Assembly: GCA_963762255.1 (NCBI GenBank)
Contig: CAVXKA010000001.1
Location: 1,120,001-1,184,000 of the forward strand
Length of the DNA: 64,000 nucleotides
Direction of reading: 5' to 3'
Source: Candidatus Eiseniibacteriota bacterium
GTDB taxonomy: Bacteria > Eisenbacteria > RBG-16-71-46 > JABDJR01
The position numbers were made by a program, and so were the translations under genes. Within the stretch, counting starts at the first letter, position 1. Each line of letters starts with the position of its first letter. Below the pieces are notes generated by a model, which worked only from the letters and a program-made list of their open reading frames with translations, was not told the DNA's origin and did not search any database. This document shows, one piece after another, positions 1-8,498 of the stretch.

Positions 1-166
1 CGCGATCAAGCCTGCGGAGGGCCGCCGAGGGGCCCATCCACGCGAAACTCGCCGCCGCGATCAGGAAGAGCAGGGCGAGCATGAGCGGCACCCACCGCGA
101 TCCCGAGGCCCCGGCGCGCCGGTGGCGGCGCGGCGTGGTGAGGGAGGGAAGTCGATAAGGTACCAT
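1..166 (-). CDS. 5' part of a divergently transcribed gene with an N-terminal signal/TM segment (runs off the window)
   Basis: Manual translation from ATG at 166: MVPYRLPSLTTPRRHRRAGASGSRWVPLMLALLFLIAAASFAWMGPSAALRRLDR, open to the edge. Basic region followed by a hydrophobic helix. Confidence 0.35.
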   Translation of the reverse strand, partial: MVPYRLPSLTTPRRHRRAGASGSRWVPLMLALLFLIAAASFAWMGPSAALRRLDR

Positions 167-323
167 CGGCTCGTGCAACAAGCCGCCTCATGGTTGGGCT
201 CGAGCGCCCCGGGGGCGATCTCGGCCGGAGGAAGTTGCGATACGATCCACCCCGAACTTGACCCCAAGACGAACTTGGCATTACATGGTAGCAGCCTCAC
301 TGTATGGGGGCAAACACCGCCGC

Positions 324-340
324 TTGGCATCCGTTCAGCG
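324..340 (+). promoter_or_regulatory. Possible sigma-54 (-24/-12) promoter for the T6SS operon
   Basis: TTGGCATCCGTTCAGCG has GG-N10-GC spacing, about 27 nt before the ATG at 367 and upstream of a GAAGGGGAG RBS. The -12 box (CAGC) deviates from TTGC. Confidence 0.25.
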
Positions 341-366
341 GCAACCCGGTGGAAGGGGAGCGCGCC

Positions 367-1050
367 ATGAACGGTGAAGGAATTGCATATCCGGGGGGCC
401 GGGGTAGGCCGCCGATTCCCCCGGAGATCCTCGCCTCGCTCCGCAAGCTGGTGGAGCTGCGGGGATCCGGGGTGCCTCCGCCCGGGGATGCGGGGGAATT
501 GGAGCGCTTTGCCGACCGGCTGGCGGAGGTAACCCACCTGCTCCTCGGCTTCTACCAGGATATGCAGCGTGGAATGGACGAATTTCATCGTGCCTATGGG
601 ATTCCCGGCCTCACGCCCGGCGCGGGGAGCCCCGAGGCGGCGGAGTTCATGCGCCGCCTTCTCGATGAGGACGGTGGGGAGGCTCGCGATCGACTGCGCG
701 AGGTCATCCAGGAACTCAAGGTGCACCACGCCGGACTTCTGGAGGGGTATCAGGAGGCGGCGCACGAGGGCGCCCGGCAGCTCCTCGAGGTGCTCGACCC
801 CGAGGCCATCCGCCGGGAGTACGCGGGATCCCGGATCGAAGTGGGTCCCTTCAAGGTATCGAGCCGTCTTCGGCCGGTCATGGTTCAGGTCGTGTGGGAG
901 GAGTTCCTCCGGCGCTTCGCCCAGTTGAAGGCCCTGGCGCCGGCGGACTATGAGCGCTTCCACCGGGACGGATTTCGCCGCGGCTATCGCGGGTTCCGCG
1001 ACGCCCGCCTCGGGCGCCGGTCCGGCGAGGCGGACCCGGTGAAGTCATGA
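367..1050 (+). CDS. tagH: T6SS-associated TagH/Fha C-terminal domain protein lacking the FHA domain
   Basis: Helical region 'LREVIQELKVHHAGLLEGYQEAAHEGARQLLEVLDPEAI...F...FRRGY' resembles the C-terminal domain of T6SS Fha/TagH. First gene before tssJ; RBS before ATG 367. Confidence 0.6.
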   Translation: MNGEGIAYPGGRGRPPIPPEILASLRKLVELRGSGVPPPGDAGELERFADRLAEVTHLLLGFYQDMQRGMDEFHRAYGIPGLTPGAGSPEAAEFMRRLLDEDGGEARDRLREVIQELKVHHAGLLEGYQEAAHEGARQLLEVLDPEAIRREYAGSRIEVGPFKVSSRLRPVMVQVVWEEFLRRFAQLKALAPADYERFHRDGFRRGYRGFRDARLGRRSGEADPVKS

Positions 1051-1091
1051 TGCTCCGGCGGACGGGGTCCGCCGGTAGGGAGGGGACGAGC

Positions 1092-1601
1092 ATGCAACGA
1101 GGAGGATCCCGGCGCCTGCGGGTCGGGTCACGTTGGGCCGCGATCGCGGCCGCCGCCGGCCTGATCGGGGGATGCGGTATCTTTGGCGGTGGCGGCGACA
1201 AGCCGGAGCCGGCGGCCGGACCGGAGTCGATCACCCTCACCCTGGTGGGGACGGAGCTTCTGAATTCCTGTGACGAGGGGGTCGGGAACGCGCTCGCGGT
1301 GAGGGTCTACCAGTTGTCGGGCGACGCTCGGATCTCCATGTCCGCGCTGGGCACCCTCTGGGGGAGCGAGGACGCCGAGCTTGGCAAGGAGCTGGTGGAC
1401 AAGTCCGAGCTGATCCTCGAACCTGGGGCCAGTGTCCCGGTCAAGGTGCGGCCGGTGCCCGGTGCTCAGTTCCTGGCGGTGGTGGGGAACTACTGCAAGT
1501 CCGACGGGGATTGCTGGCGATGGGTTCGTCCCCTGGAGGGGGTCCCATCCAAGATCAAGCTCTCGTTCGGCGAGTCCTGTATCGAAGCGGCGGCCAAGTA
1601 G
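1092..1601 (+). CDS. tssJ: T6SS outer-membrane lipoprotein TssJ
   Basis: Lipobox LIGGC; 'LNS...ALAVRVYQL', 'LILEPG', 'FLAVVGNY'; directly upstream of tssK. Confidence 0.85.
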   Translation: MQRGGSRRLRVGSRWAAIAAAAGLIGGCGIFGGGGDKPEPAAGPESITLTLVGTELLNSCDEGVGNALAVRVYQLSGDARISMSALGTLWGSEDAELGKELVDKSELILEPGASVPVKVRPVPGAQFLAVVGNYCKSDGDCWRWVRPLEGVPSKIKLSFGESCIEAAAK

Positions 1602-1623
1602 CCGCCGGGAGAGTGCGGGTAGG

Positions 1624-2973
1624 ATGAGCAAGCGCAGCCGCGTGGTCTGGAATGAGGGACTGCTACTGACTCCCCAGCATCTGCAGCACCTCGACCAGTA
1701 CCATGAAGAATCCGCGACGGAGCTGTTCCGGACCGCCCGCCCCCACGGGTTCGGTTTGACCACGCTGGAGCTGGATCAGGAGGCGATCCAGAACGGGCAA
1801 GTGCTGGTGCACGCGGCCTCCGGCGTGCTTCCCCTCGGCGGGGCCTTCTCCATGCCGGATCGGGATCTCGTTCCGCCTGGTCTTCAGATCGCGGATCGCT
1901 TTGCGCTCAGCGAGAGCCGGCTGCCCATCTACCTCGGGCTTCGCATCCACCGGCCGGGGGAGCGCCAGCTCGCCGACGGCGCCGCGATCGGGGCGGAGAC
2001 GAGGTACCGCGAGACGACGGTTCGGGCGGTGGACGAGACGAGCGGCGAGAACGAACGGGAGATCGTCGTCTCCCAGCGCAATTTCCGGCTTCTGCTGCAG
2101 GACGAGACCCTCGGCGATTACGACCATCTTCCCATCGGCATGGTGGTGCGCAAGCCCGAGGGCGGGTTCACCTTCCGCGAGGACTACATTCCGCCGTGCC
2201 TCAGCATCGGGGCCTCGGATGCGGTGCTCCGCATCCTGCGCCGGCTGCTCGAAATCCTGCTGGCCAAGTCCCGCGAGCTGTCCGAGCGGCGGCGTCACAG
2301 CGGGAGAGGCGTGGCGGAGTTCGGCCGCGACGACGTCGCCGGTTTCTGGCTCCTCGGCGTGGTCAACGGCGCCATCCCGGAGATCTCCCACTACCTGCGC
2401 GGCGCCAACGCGCATCCGGAAACGGTGTATACCTCGCTGGCCCGGTTGGCGGGAGCGCTGACCACCATGAGCGATCAGGACGTGCGCGATATCGCAGTCT
2501 ACGATCACGACCGGCCCGAGGCTGCTTTCTCAGACCTCGGAAGCCGGATTCCCAAGCTCATGGAAACGGTTCTACCCCGGCACTACACGCGCATCGCGCT
2601 CGAGAAGGGGGCGAACGACGTGTTCACCGGCCGTCTGGACGACGACCGCCTGCTGCCGGCGAAAGTCGGCTGGTATCTCGGGGTTTATGCCTCGATGCCG
2701 GTCGGGGAGATCCAGTCGAGCCTGCCGCCGAAGATCAAGATCGCCACCCCGGACAGGATCGAGTTCCTCATTTCCAATGCGCTCATGGGGGTGTCGGTGC
2801 GTCACGTGCAGACGGCGCCCGCCTCCCTGCCGGTTCAAGCCGGCTTCGTCTACTTCCAGGTGGAGAAGACCGGCGACGTCTGGGATCTCGTCGCGGGGGC
2901 GCACGCCATCGCGTTGTATGTGCCACCGGAATTCGCGAACATCCAGCTCGAACTCATCGCCCTCAACGACTGA
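1624..2973 (+). CDS. tssK: T6SS baseplate subunit TssK
   Basis: N-terminal 'VVWNEGLLLTPQHLQ', 'YIPPCL', 'HPETVY', 'YDHD', C-terminal 'LELIA'; AGG-ATG start at 1624. Confidence 0.95.
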   Translation: MSKRSRVVWNEGLLLTPQHLQHLDQYHEESATELFRTARPHGFGLTTLELDQEAIQNGQVLVHAASGVLPLGGAFSMPDRDLVPPGLQIADRFALSESRLPIYLGLRIHRPGERQLADGAAIGAETRYRETTVRAVDETSGENEREIVVSQRNFRLLLQDETLGDYDHLPIGMVVRKPEGGFTFREDYIPPCLSIGASDAVLRILRRLLEILLAKSRELSERRRHSGRGVAEFGRDDVAGFWLLGVVNGAIPEISHYLRGANAHPETVYTSLARLAGALTTMSDQDVRDIAVYDHDRPEAAFSDLGSRIPKLMETVLPRHYTRIALEKGANDVFTGRLDDDRLLPAKVGWYLGVYASMPVGEIQSSLPPKIKIATPDRIEFLISNALMGVSVRHVQTAPASLPVQAGFVYFQVEKTGDVWDLVAGAHAIALYVPPEFANIQLELIALND

Positions 2974-2981
2974 AGAAAACC

Positions 2982-3752
2982 ATGAGACTTCCGTTCTTGA
3001 AACGCGCGTCGCGTCGCTCCGGGCTCGCGCCGGCGCCTCGCCGGGCCGCAGGGGGAGGGGCATCGGCCGCCGCCCCCACGTCCCTCGGCGGGGCCTGCGC
3101 CGAGGTCTTCTCCCTCGTCCTCTCGCTCCGCTCCGCGGTGGACCTCGGCGACCCCGCCGAGTTCCGCAAGCGCGTGCTCAAGATGCTGGAGCAGATGGAG
3201 GAGGGAGGGCGCAAGGCGGGGGCCGCCTCCACCGGCATCGAGGAGGCGCGCTTCGCCCTCGTTGCGATGCTGGACGAGGTCATCCTCAACTCTCCGTGGA
3301 AGGGCAAGGACACCTGGCGGGTGAACCCGTTGCAGCTCGAACTCTTCAAGATCAACGTGGCCGGCGAGGAGTTCTTCAAGCGGCTGGAGCGCCTGCGCGC
3401 GAACTTCGCGGAGAACCGGGACGTGCTCGAGGTCTACTATGACTGCCTCGCGCTCGGGTTCGAGGGGCGGTACAAGATCTTCGGTCGGGAGAAGCTGGAG
3501 GTCGTGATCGCCGAACTCTCGCGGGAGCTGGCGCACGGCAAGGGGTGGAGCGCGGACGGGCTCTCCCCGCATGGCAAGCGACCGGACGACTTCTCCGAAG
3601 CGGTGGGGGAAGGCGTGCCCATCTGGGCGACCGCCGCCTTCTTCCTTCCCGGGGCCTTCATCCTCATCCTTCTGTTCGCCCTGTCCGCGCACGGGGCGGC
3701 CGGCAAGGTCGCCGACTCCATCCGCCAACTGCTGGCCGGGATGGGGCGGTGA
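2982..3752 (+). CDS. tssL: T6SS TssL/DotU without an OmpA domain
   Basis: 'ARFALVAMLDEVIL', 'PLQLELF...AGEEFF', 'LEVYYDCLALGFEGRY', single C-terminal TM helix. Confidence 0.93.
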   Translation: MRLPFLKRASRRSGLAPAPRRAAGGGASAAAPTSLGGACAEVFSLVLSLRSAVDLGDPAEFRKRVLKMLEQMEEGGRKAGAASTGIEEARFALVAMLDEVILNSPWKGKDTWRVNPLQLELFKINVAGEEFFKRLERLRANFAENRDVLEVYYDCLALGFEGRYKIFGREKLEVVIAELSRELAHGKGWSADGLSPHGKRPDDFSEAVGEGVPIWATAAFFLPGAFILILLFALSAHGAAGKVADSIRQLLAGMGR

Positions 3753-3768
3753 TCCGCGAGGCTTCGAC

Positions 3769-6700
3769 ATGCCGTTCGTGAAGCTGCTCTCCCGGCTCCT
3801 GCGGCCGGGTTCTCTAATCACCGGCGGCGCCGCCGGTATCATCCTCATCCTCGTCTGGGTCGGTCCCCAGTTCGGAGTGCGCGGCCCGTGGCTGGCCCTC
3901 GGCATCCTGGCCGTGCTCTTCATCTGGGTCATCGTCATGTTCCTGCTGCGGCTCCGGGCGCAGAAGGCGGGCGCGGCGCTCGAGGATTCCATCAAGGAGC
4001 AGGCCCAGGCCCAGCTCGTCTCGAGCCGCCCCGGCCGCGAGGAGGAGATCGAGCACCTGCGCGGCCAGCTCCTGGAAGCGATCCAGGCGCTCAAGACGTC
4101 CCGGGTCGGCAAGACCAAGGGCGGGGCCGGCGCGCTGTACGCGCTCCCCTGGTACATGATCATCGGGCCCCCCGCGTCCGGAAAGACGACGGTCCTCGCG
4201 AACTCCGGCCTCAACTTTCCCTACCTGGACCCAAGTCGCAACCGCCCCTCGGTGCGTGGCGTGGGGGGAACGAGGAACTGCGATTGGTGGTTCGCCGACG
4301 AGGCGGTGATCCTCGATACGGCCGGCCGCTACGTGCTGCCGGTGGAAGCCGACGACACCCAGGAGTGGCTGGCCTTCCTCGATCTGCTCCGCCGCAATCG
4401 GGGCAAGAAACCGATCAACGGTCTCATCGTTGGCGTCTCCATCCAGGATCTGGTCATGGGCGAAGAAGGGGACGTGGAGAGCCACGCCCAGAAGATCCGA
4501 TCCCGGGTCGACGAACTCATCCAGCGCCTCGGCATCAGCTTCCCGATCTACGTCGTCTTCACCAAGTGCGATCTCATCCGCGGGTTCGTCGAGTTCTACG
4601 GGGATCTCTCCAAGACCGACCGCGCGGCGACGTGGGGGGCGACCATCGCCCGCGACCGTTTCGCGCAGGAGCCCGCCGAGGACATCTTCCGCGCCGAGAT
4701 GGAGCAACTCACCGAGGCGCTTCGCGAAGCGCGCATCCCCCGCACCGCCGAGGCCACCAACCCGGCGAGCCGGCCGGAAATCCTCTTCTTCCCGCTGCAG
4801 TTCCACGCGCTGACCGACCGCCTGGCCACGTTCGTGGAGATCCTCTTCCGCGAGAACCCCTACCACGAGCGCCCGATCTTCCGGGGGTTCTACTTCACGA
4901 GCGGCACGCAGGAAGGAAGGCCCATCGACCAGGTCATCAACGCCATGCTCCGCGGTTTCGGCATCGCCGCCGCCGACGAAGGGATGACCGTCGCCCCCAG
5001 CCAGACCAAGAGCTACTTCATCGAGCACGTCTTCTCGCGCGTGATCTTCCCCGACCGGCATATCGCCGGGCCGTCGGCGGAAGGGGAGCGGCGCCGGCGT
5101 GCGAGCCGGGCCAAGGTCTTCGCGGCGGGGTGCGTCGGGCTCGCGCTCGTGACTGCGGCTCTCTTCGTTCTCTCCGCCAGCAACCGGCGTCTCCTGAACG
5201 ACGTGCGCTCCTTGAGCGACAAGGCCGCCGCCTCCGCACGCGGCGGACGGCTCGGCTTCGGCGTCGACGACCTGCACACGCTGGAGTCGCTGCGCTCCAA
5301 GCTCGAGGACATGGACAACCGCAGTCGTCCTCTGACCAAGGCGGTCCTGCTCGCCACCTATCAGGGGGAGAAGGCCGCGGATGAGGCGCGCCGGCTCTAC
5401 CTGGCCGCGCTGCACGACGCGGTGATGGTGCCGGTCCAGCCCTACCTCGCGCGGAATCTCGCCCAGCGCGCCGACAGCCTCGGGGTGACTTTCCCCCGTT
5501 ATTACGGGTGGTATCGCACGTGGCGCATCCTGCAGGATCCTGCGGTCAAGCTGCAGCCTCCGGACGCAGAGTCGGTGGCCGCGCAGCTCTCGGAGTACTG
5601 GGCGCCGATCACGGGGGTCCCGGACGGGAAGGACCGCCAGGAGTTCGATGCACTCTTCGTGAAGCAGATCGCCTACGCGAGCCGCTATCCGGAGATCCTC
5701 GCGGATCTTTTCCCGCCGGCGCCGTATCAGGACGAACGGGTGGAGAACCTGGCGCGGGGCGCCATTCATCGCTATTGGTCGGCGGAGGGGGTCTACTCCG
5801 GTCTGGTGGAGGCGGGAGGGACGGTGCCTCAGATCACCGTGGCGGCCATCCTGGGCGCCGACGTCGGGGTCTACGGAGACATGGCGGTTTCCGGCGCGTA
5901 CACCGACGCCGGCTGGAAGGGGCCGGTGAGCCGCTACATCGGCTGGCTCGAGACGGTGCGTGAGGACTGGGCGCTGCGCGAATGCTGGAACGGCACGCCG
6001 AGGGGCATCCAGGCCGATGTCCTCGCGCGCTACGGGCAGGAATACCTCGGCGAATGGCGGGACTTCATGGCCTCCATGCGCGTGCAGCCGGGCGCCGATC
6101 CGGAAGCCACCCGGGCCTTTCTTGAGCGCGCCGCCACCGAGGGGGGCCCCGTGCTGAAGGTGCTTCGCACGGTGGACGAGAACACGCGGTTCGATACGGA
6201 GTCGGCCAGCGGGCTCATGGCGGTGGCGCAGGATTTCGGCGTGCTGCACGAGTTCTTCCAGGCGCCGAGCGGCGGCGGACCGTTCAGGTTCCTGCGCGGC
6301 GGCGACTCGGGGGGCAAGGCCCCGTATCTGGAGTACATCGAGAAGGTGGGAGTCCTCGCCGCCGCCTACGCGTCGCTCGCCGCGGGAGGGGACCCGTCGC
6401 GGAGCGAACCGGTGCTGGGCGTGACGAGCTGGGTGGACACCCGCATCCCCGGCGGGGCCAGCCCCGTGTCGAGCGAGCTGGCCCGGGTGTTGAAGCTGCC
6501 GGCCTTCGTGGTCACCGGGTCGGTGCAGGCGGGAGTGGGGCGTGACCTCCAGGGAGGCTGGAGCCAGATCGTCCGTGAATTCCAGACGACGCTGGCCGGG
6601 CGCTACCCGCTCTCCGCGGGCGGCACGGATTGCGCGCTTGCCGACTTCGAGCAGTTCTTCGGCCCGGGCGGCACCTTCTGGTCGTACTACCAGGAGTCGC

Positions 6701-7257
6701 TCTCCGGTCTGGTGTCGGAGGACGGCCACGAGCTTCCCAACGCCGGCATCCGGTGCTCGCCCGGCTTCCTGGACTGCCTGCGGTCGGCGTATCGGATCCG
6801 CAGGGGGATGTTCCCCGATGGCGGAAACAAGGCTGGCTTCTCCTTCTCCGTGCAACCCGATCGCGTTCAACGCGAGAGTTCCATCGTCATGCGCGGCGTG
6901 CGGCTCGACGTCGGCGGGTCGTCCCTCATCTACCAGATGGGACAGCGCACGTGGACGCCCATGAGCTGGCCGGGGCAAAACCCGGAAGCCGGGGCCGCCC
7001 TGCGTCTCGACGCGGGAGACACCGCTACAATACCTTCCCTGAATTTCTCGGGAGCTTGGGGGTTTTTCCATCTCCTGAATCGGGCGAACATCGGCTCCGG
7101 AGGCTCCGATCAACCTAGCCTGACCTGGAAGCTGGCCGCCCAACCCTCGGAGGTGGCCGTCGCCTTCAACGTGAGCGGTCTCTCCTCGGTCCATCCGCTC
7201 GCCCCAGGGTTCTTCCGCTTCAGCCTTCCGTCGCAGATCGTGGCGGAGGGGCGATGA
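3769..7257 (+). CDS. tssM: T6SS membrane subunit TssM/IcmF
   Basis: N-terminal TMs, 'LYALPWYMIIGPPASGKTT' Walker A, 'TRNCDWWF', 'DTAGRY', 'RGFYFTSGTQEG', 'GAWGFFHL'; about 1160 aa. Confidence 0.97.
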   Translation: MPFVKLLSRLLRPGSLITGGAAGIILILVWVGPQFGVRGPWLALGILAVLFIWVIVMFLLRLRAQKAGAALEDSIKEQAQAQLVSSRPGREEEIEHLRGQLLEAIQALKTSRVGKTKGGAGALYALPWYMIIGPPASGKTTVLANSGLNFPYLDPSRNRPSVRGVGGTRNCDWWFADEAVILDTAGRYVLPVEADDTQEWLAFLDLLRRNRGKKPINGLIVGVSIQDLVMGEEGDVESHAQKIRSRVDELIQRLGISFPIYVVFTKCDLIRGFVEFYGDLSKTDRAATWGATIARDRFAQEPAEDIFRAEMEQLTEALREARIPRTAEATNPASRPEILFFPLQFHALTDRLATFVEILFRENPYHERPIFRGFYFTSGTQEGRPIDQVINAMLRGFGIAAADEGMTVAPSQTKSYFIEHVFSRVIFPDRHIAGPSAEGERRRRASRAKVFAAGCVGLALVTAALFVLSASNRRLLNDVRSLSDKAAASARGGRLGFGVDDLHTLESLRSKLEDMDNRSRPLTKAVLLATYQGEKAADEARRLYLAALHDAVMVPVQPYLARNLAQRADSLGVTFPRYYGWYRTWRILQDPAVKLQPPDAESVAAQLSEYWAPITGVPDGKDRQEFDALFVKQIAYASRYPEILADLFPPAPYQDERVENLARGAIHRYWSAEGVYSGLVEAGGTVPQITVAAILGADVGVYGDMAVSGAYTDAGWKGPVSRYIGWLETVREDWALRECWNGTPRGIQADVLARYGQEYLGEWRDFMASMRVQPGADPEATRAFLERAATEGGPVLKVLRTVDENTRFDTESASGLMAVAQDFGVLHEFFQAPSGGGPFRFLRGGDSGGKAPYLEYIEKVGVLAAAYASLAAGGDPSRSEPVLGVTSWVDTRIPGGASPVSSELARVLKLPAFVVTGSVQAGVGRDLQGGWSQIVREFQTTLAGRYPLSAGGTDCALADFEQFFGPGGTFWSYYQESLSGLVSEDGHELPNAGIRCSPGFLDCLRSAYRIRRGMFPDGGNKAGFSFSVQPDRVQRESSIVMRGVRLDVGGSSLIYQMGQRTWTPMSWPGQNPEAGAALRLDAGDTATIPSLNFSGAWGFFHLLNRANIGSGGSDQPSLTWKLAAQPSEVAVAFNVSGLSSVHPLAPGFFRFSLPSQIVAEGR

Positions 7258-7267
7258 CGAAGGCCTC

Positions 7268-8260
7268 GTGACCGGCCCCGCCGTCGAGCCTCGCCCCGGC
7301 GCATTCGGAAAGCTACCGCTCGCCGCGGACTTCGTGGCGGTCAACGCCGGAGGCCCCGGAGTGCGCGGCTTCACCGAGTGGCTGCAGGAGGGTGTCGGTC
7401 TCGGCCACGCCCGACTGGGAAGCTCGTGGGACACGACGTTTCCGCGCATGCCCGCCTGGCGCTTTCTCCTGACCATGGGCCCCGGCGGGATCGCGCTCGC
7501 CGGGGTTATGGTGGCGGGGCGGGACCGGAGCGGCCGACGGTTCCCGTTCACCCTCTTCGCCGGCGTGCCCCCGCTCGAAGCGGCGGGGTTGGGTGCGCGA
7601 TTGGCCGGCTTGCTTCCCTTCCTGGATCGGGCCGAGGGCGAGGCCCGGCGGTTGGTGGAGCTGGGCGAGGTGTCGGGGCCGTCGCCGTTGCGGCCAGTGT
7701 CCGAGGCCGTTGAAGGTCTCTCCGCCTCCCTCCCTGCTGGGGGCGCGGGGACCTCGTCGATGCCCGCGCCATGGCCCGCGATCTCGGCGCTCTCCGACCT
7801 CGACCCCGCCGGGGCGGGGCACCTGCTCACCCGGATCGGTGGGAATCTACTGGAGGTGGCGGCCCGGGCGGGATCGAACGGCGCAAGTGCCCCTGCATAC
7901 GGGCTTCGTACTCCGGTCCCCGCGCACGGTCCCGAGGCGATGGCGGTGGTGCGCTTCTGGGTGGAACTCGCCCGCCGGGCGATCGGGAAAGAGGGAACGC
8001 CGCGCGCGATTTTCTGGTCCCTGGCCGACGGGAACGGTCGGGGATCGCTCGATCTTTATTTTCGCCCCCCCGGGACCACGGCGTTCCTACACCTCGTAGA
8101 CCGGGCTTTCGAGAGCGACGCGCTTTATCTTCTGGACGAGGCGGATCCAACCCGCCCCGGACCGGCGGCGCGGTCCTGGGCAGATGCCGTCTCGGAACTC
8201 TGCGCGCGGGACGCGACCCTCGATGAGGTGCTCACCCGGCTGGACCCCCACCCGTGTTGA
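7268..8260 (+). CDS. tagF: T6SS-associated TagF/ImpM
   Basis: 'GAFGKLPLAADFV', 'WLQEG', 'WRF', 'GVMVAGRDRSGRRFPF'; follows tssM. Confidence 0.9.
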   Translation: MTGPAVEPRPGAFGKLPLAADFVAVNAGGPGVRGFTEWLQEGVGLGHARLGSSWDTTFPRMPAWRFLLTMGPGGIALAGVMVAGRDRSGRRFPFTLFAGVPPLEAAGLGARLAGLLPFLDRAEGEARRLVELGEVSGPSPLRPVSEAVEGLSASLPAGGAGTSSMPAPWPAISALSDLDPAGAGHLLTRIGGNLLEVAARAGSNGASAPAYGLRTPVPAHGPEAMAVVRFWVELARRAIGKEGTPRAIFWSLADGNGRGSLDLYFRPPGTTAFLHLVDRAFESDALYLLDEADPTRPGPAARSWADAVSELCARDATLDEVLTRLDPHPC

Positions 8261-8498
8261 CCGAGGATCGACCGGGGCCCGGAGCGCCGGCGCCGATGAG
8301 GTCCGGAGAGGCAGCTTCGGAGGCATTCCTGCGGGACTTGAATCCGGGAGTGGTCTCGCCTAGACTCGCTGACTTATACCTTACCGAATCGCCCGGAAGC
8401 GCTGAAGCGTGGGGAGCCACCTCTCCCCACCGGTGCCTCCAGATCTTCGTGTCGTGTCGTCAAACACTTAGTCTATCGGGAGAGGAACGACAAAGCTG

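Noticed and set aside
3814-7830. 1338-aa minus-strand ORF and other long antisense ORFs (e.g. 12777-14582, 18798-20561, 25693-28044, 48417-50606)
   Set aside because: Shadow ORFs opposite well-supported genes, expected at high GC. No recognisable motifs.
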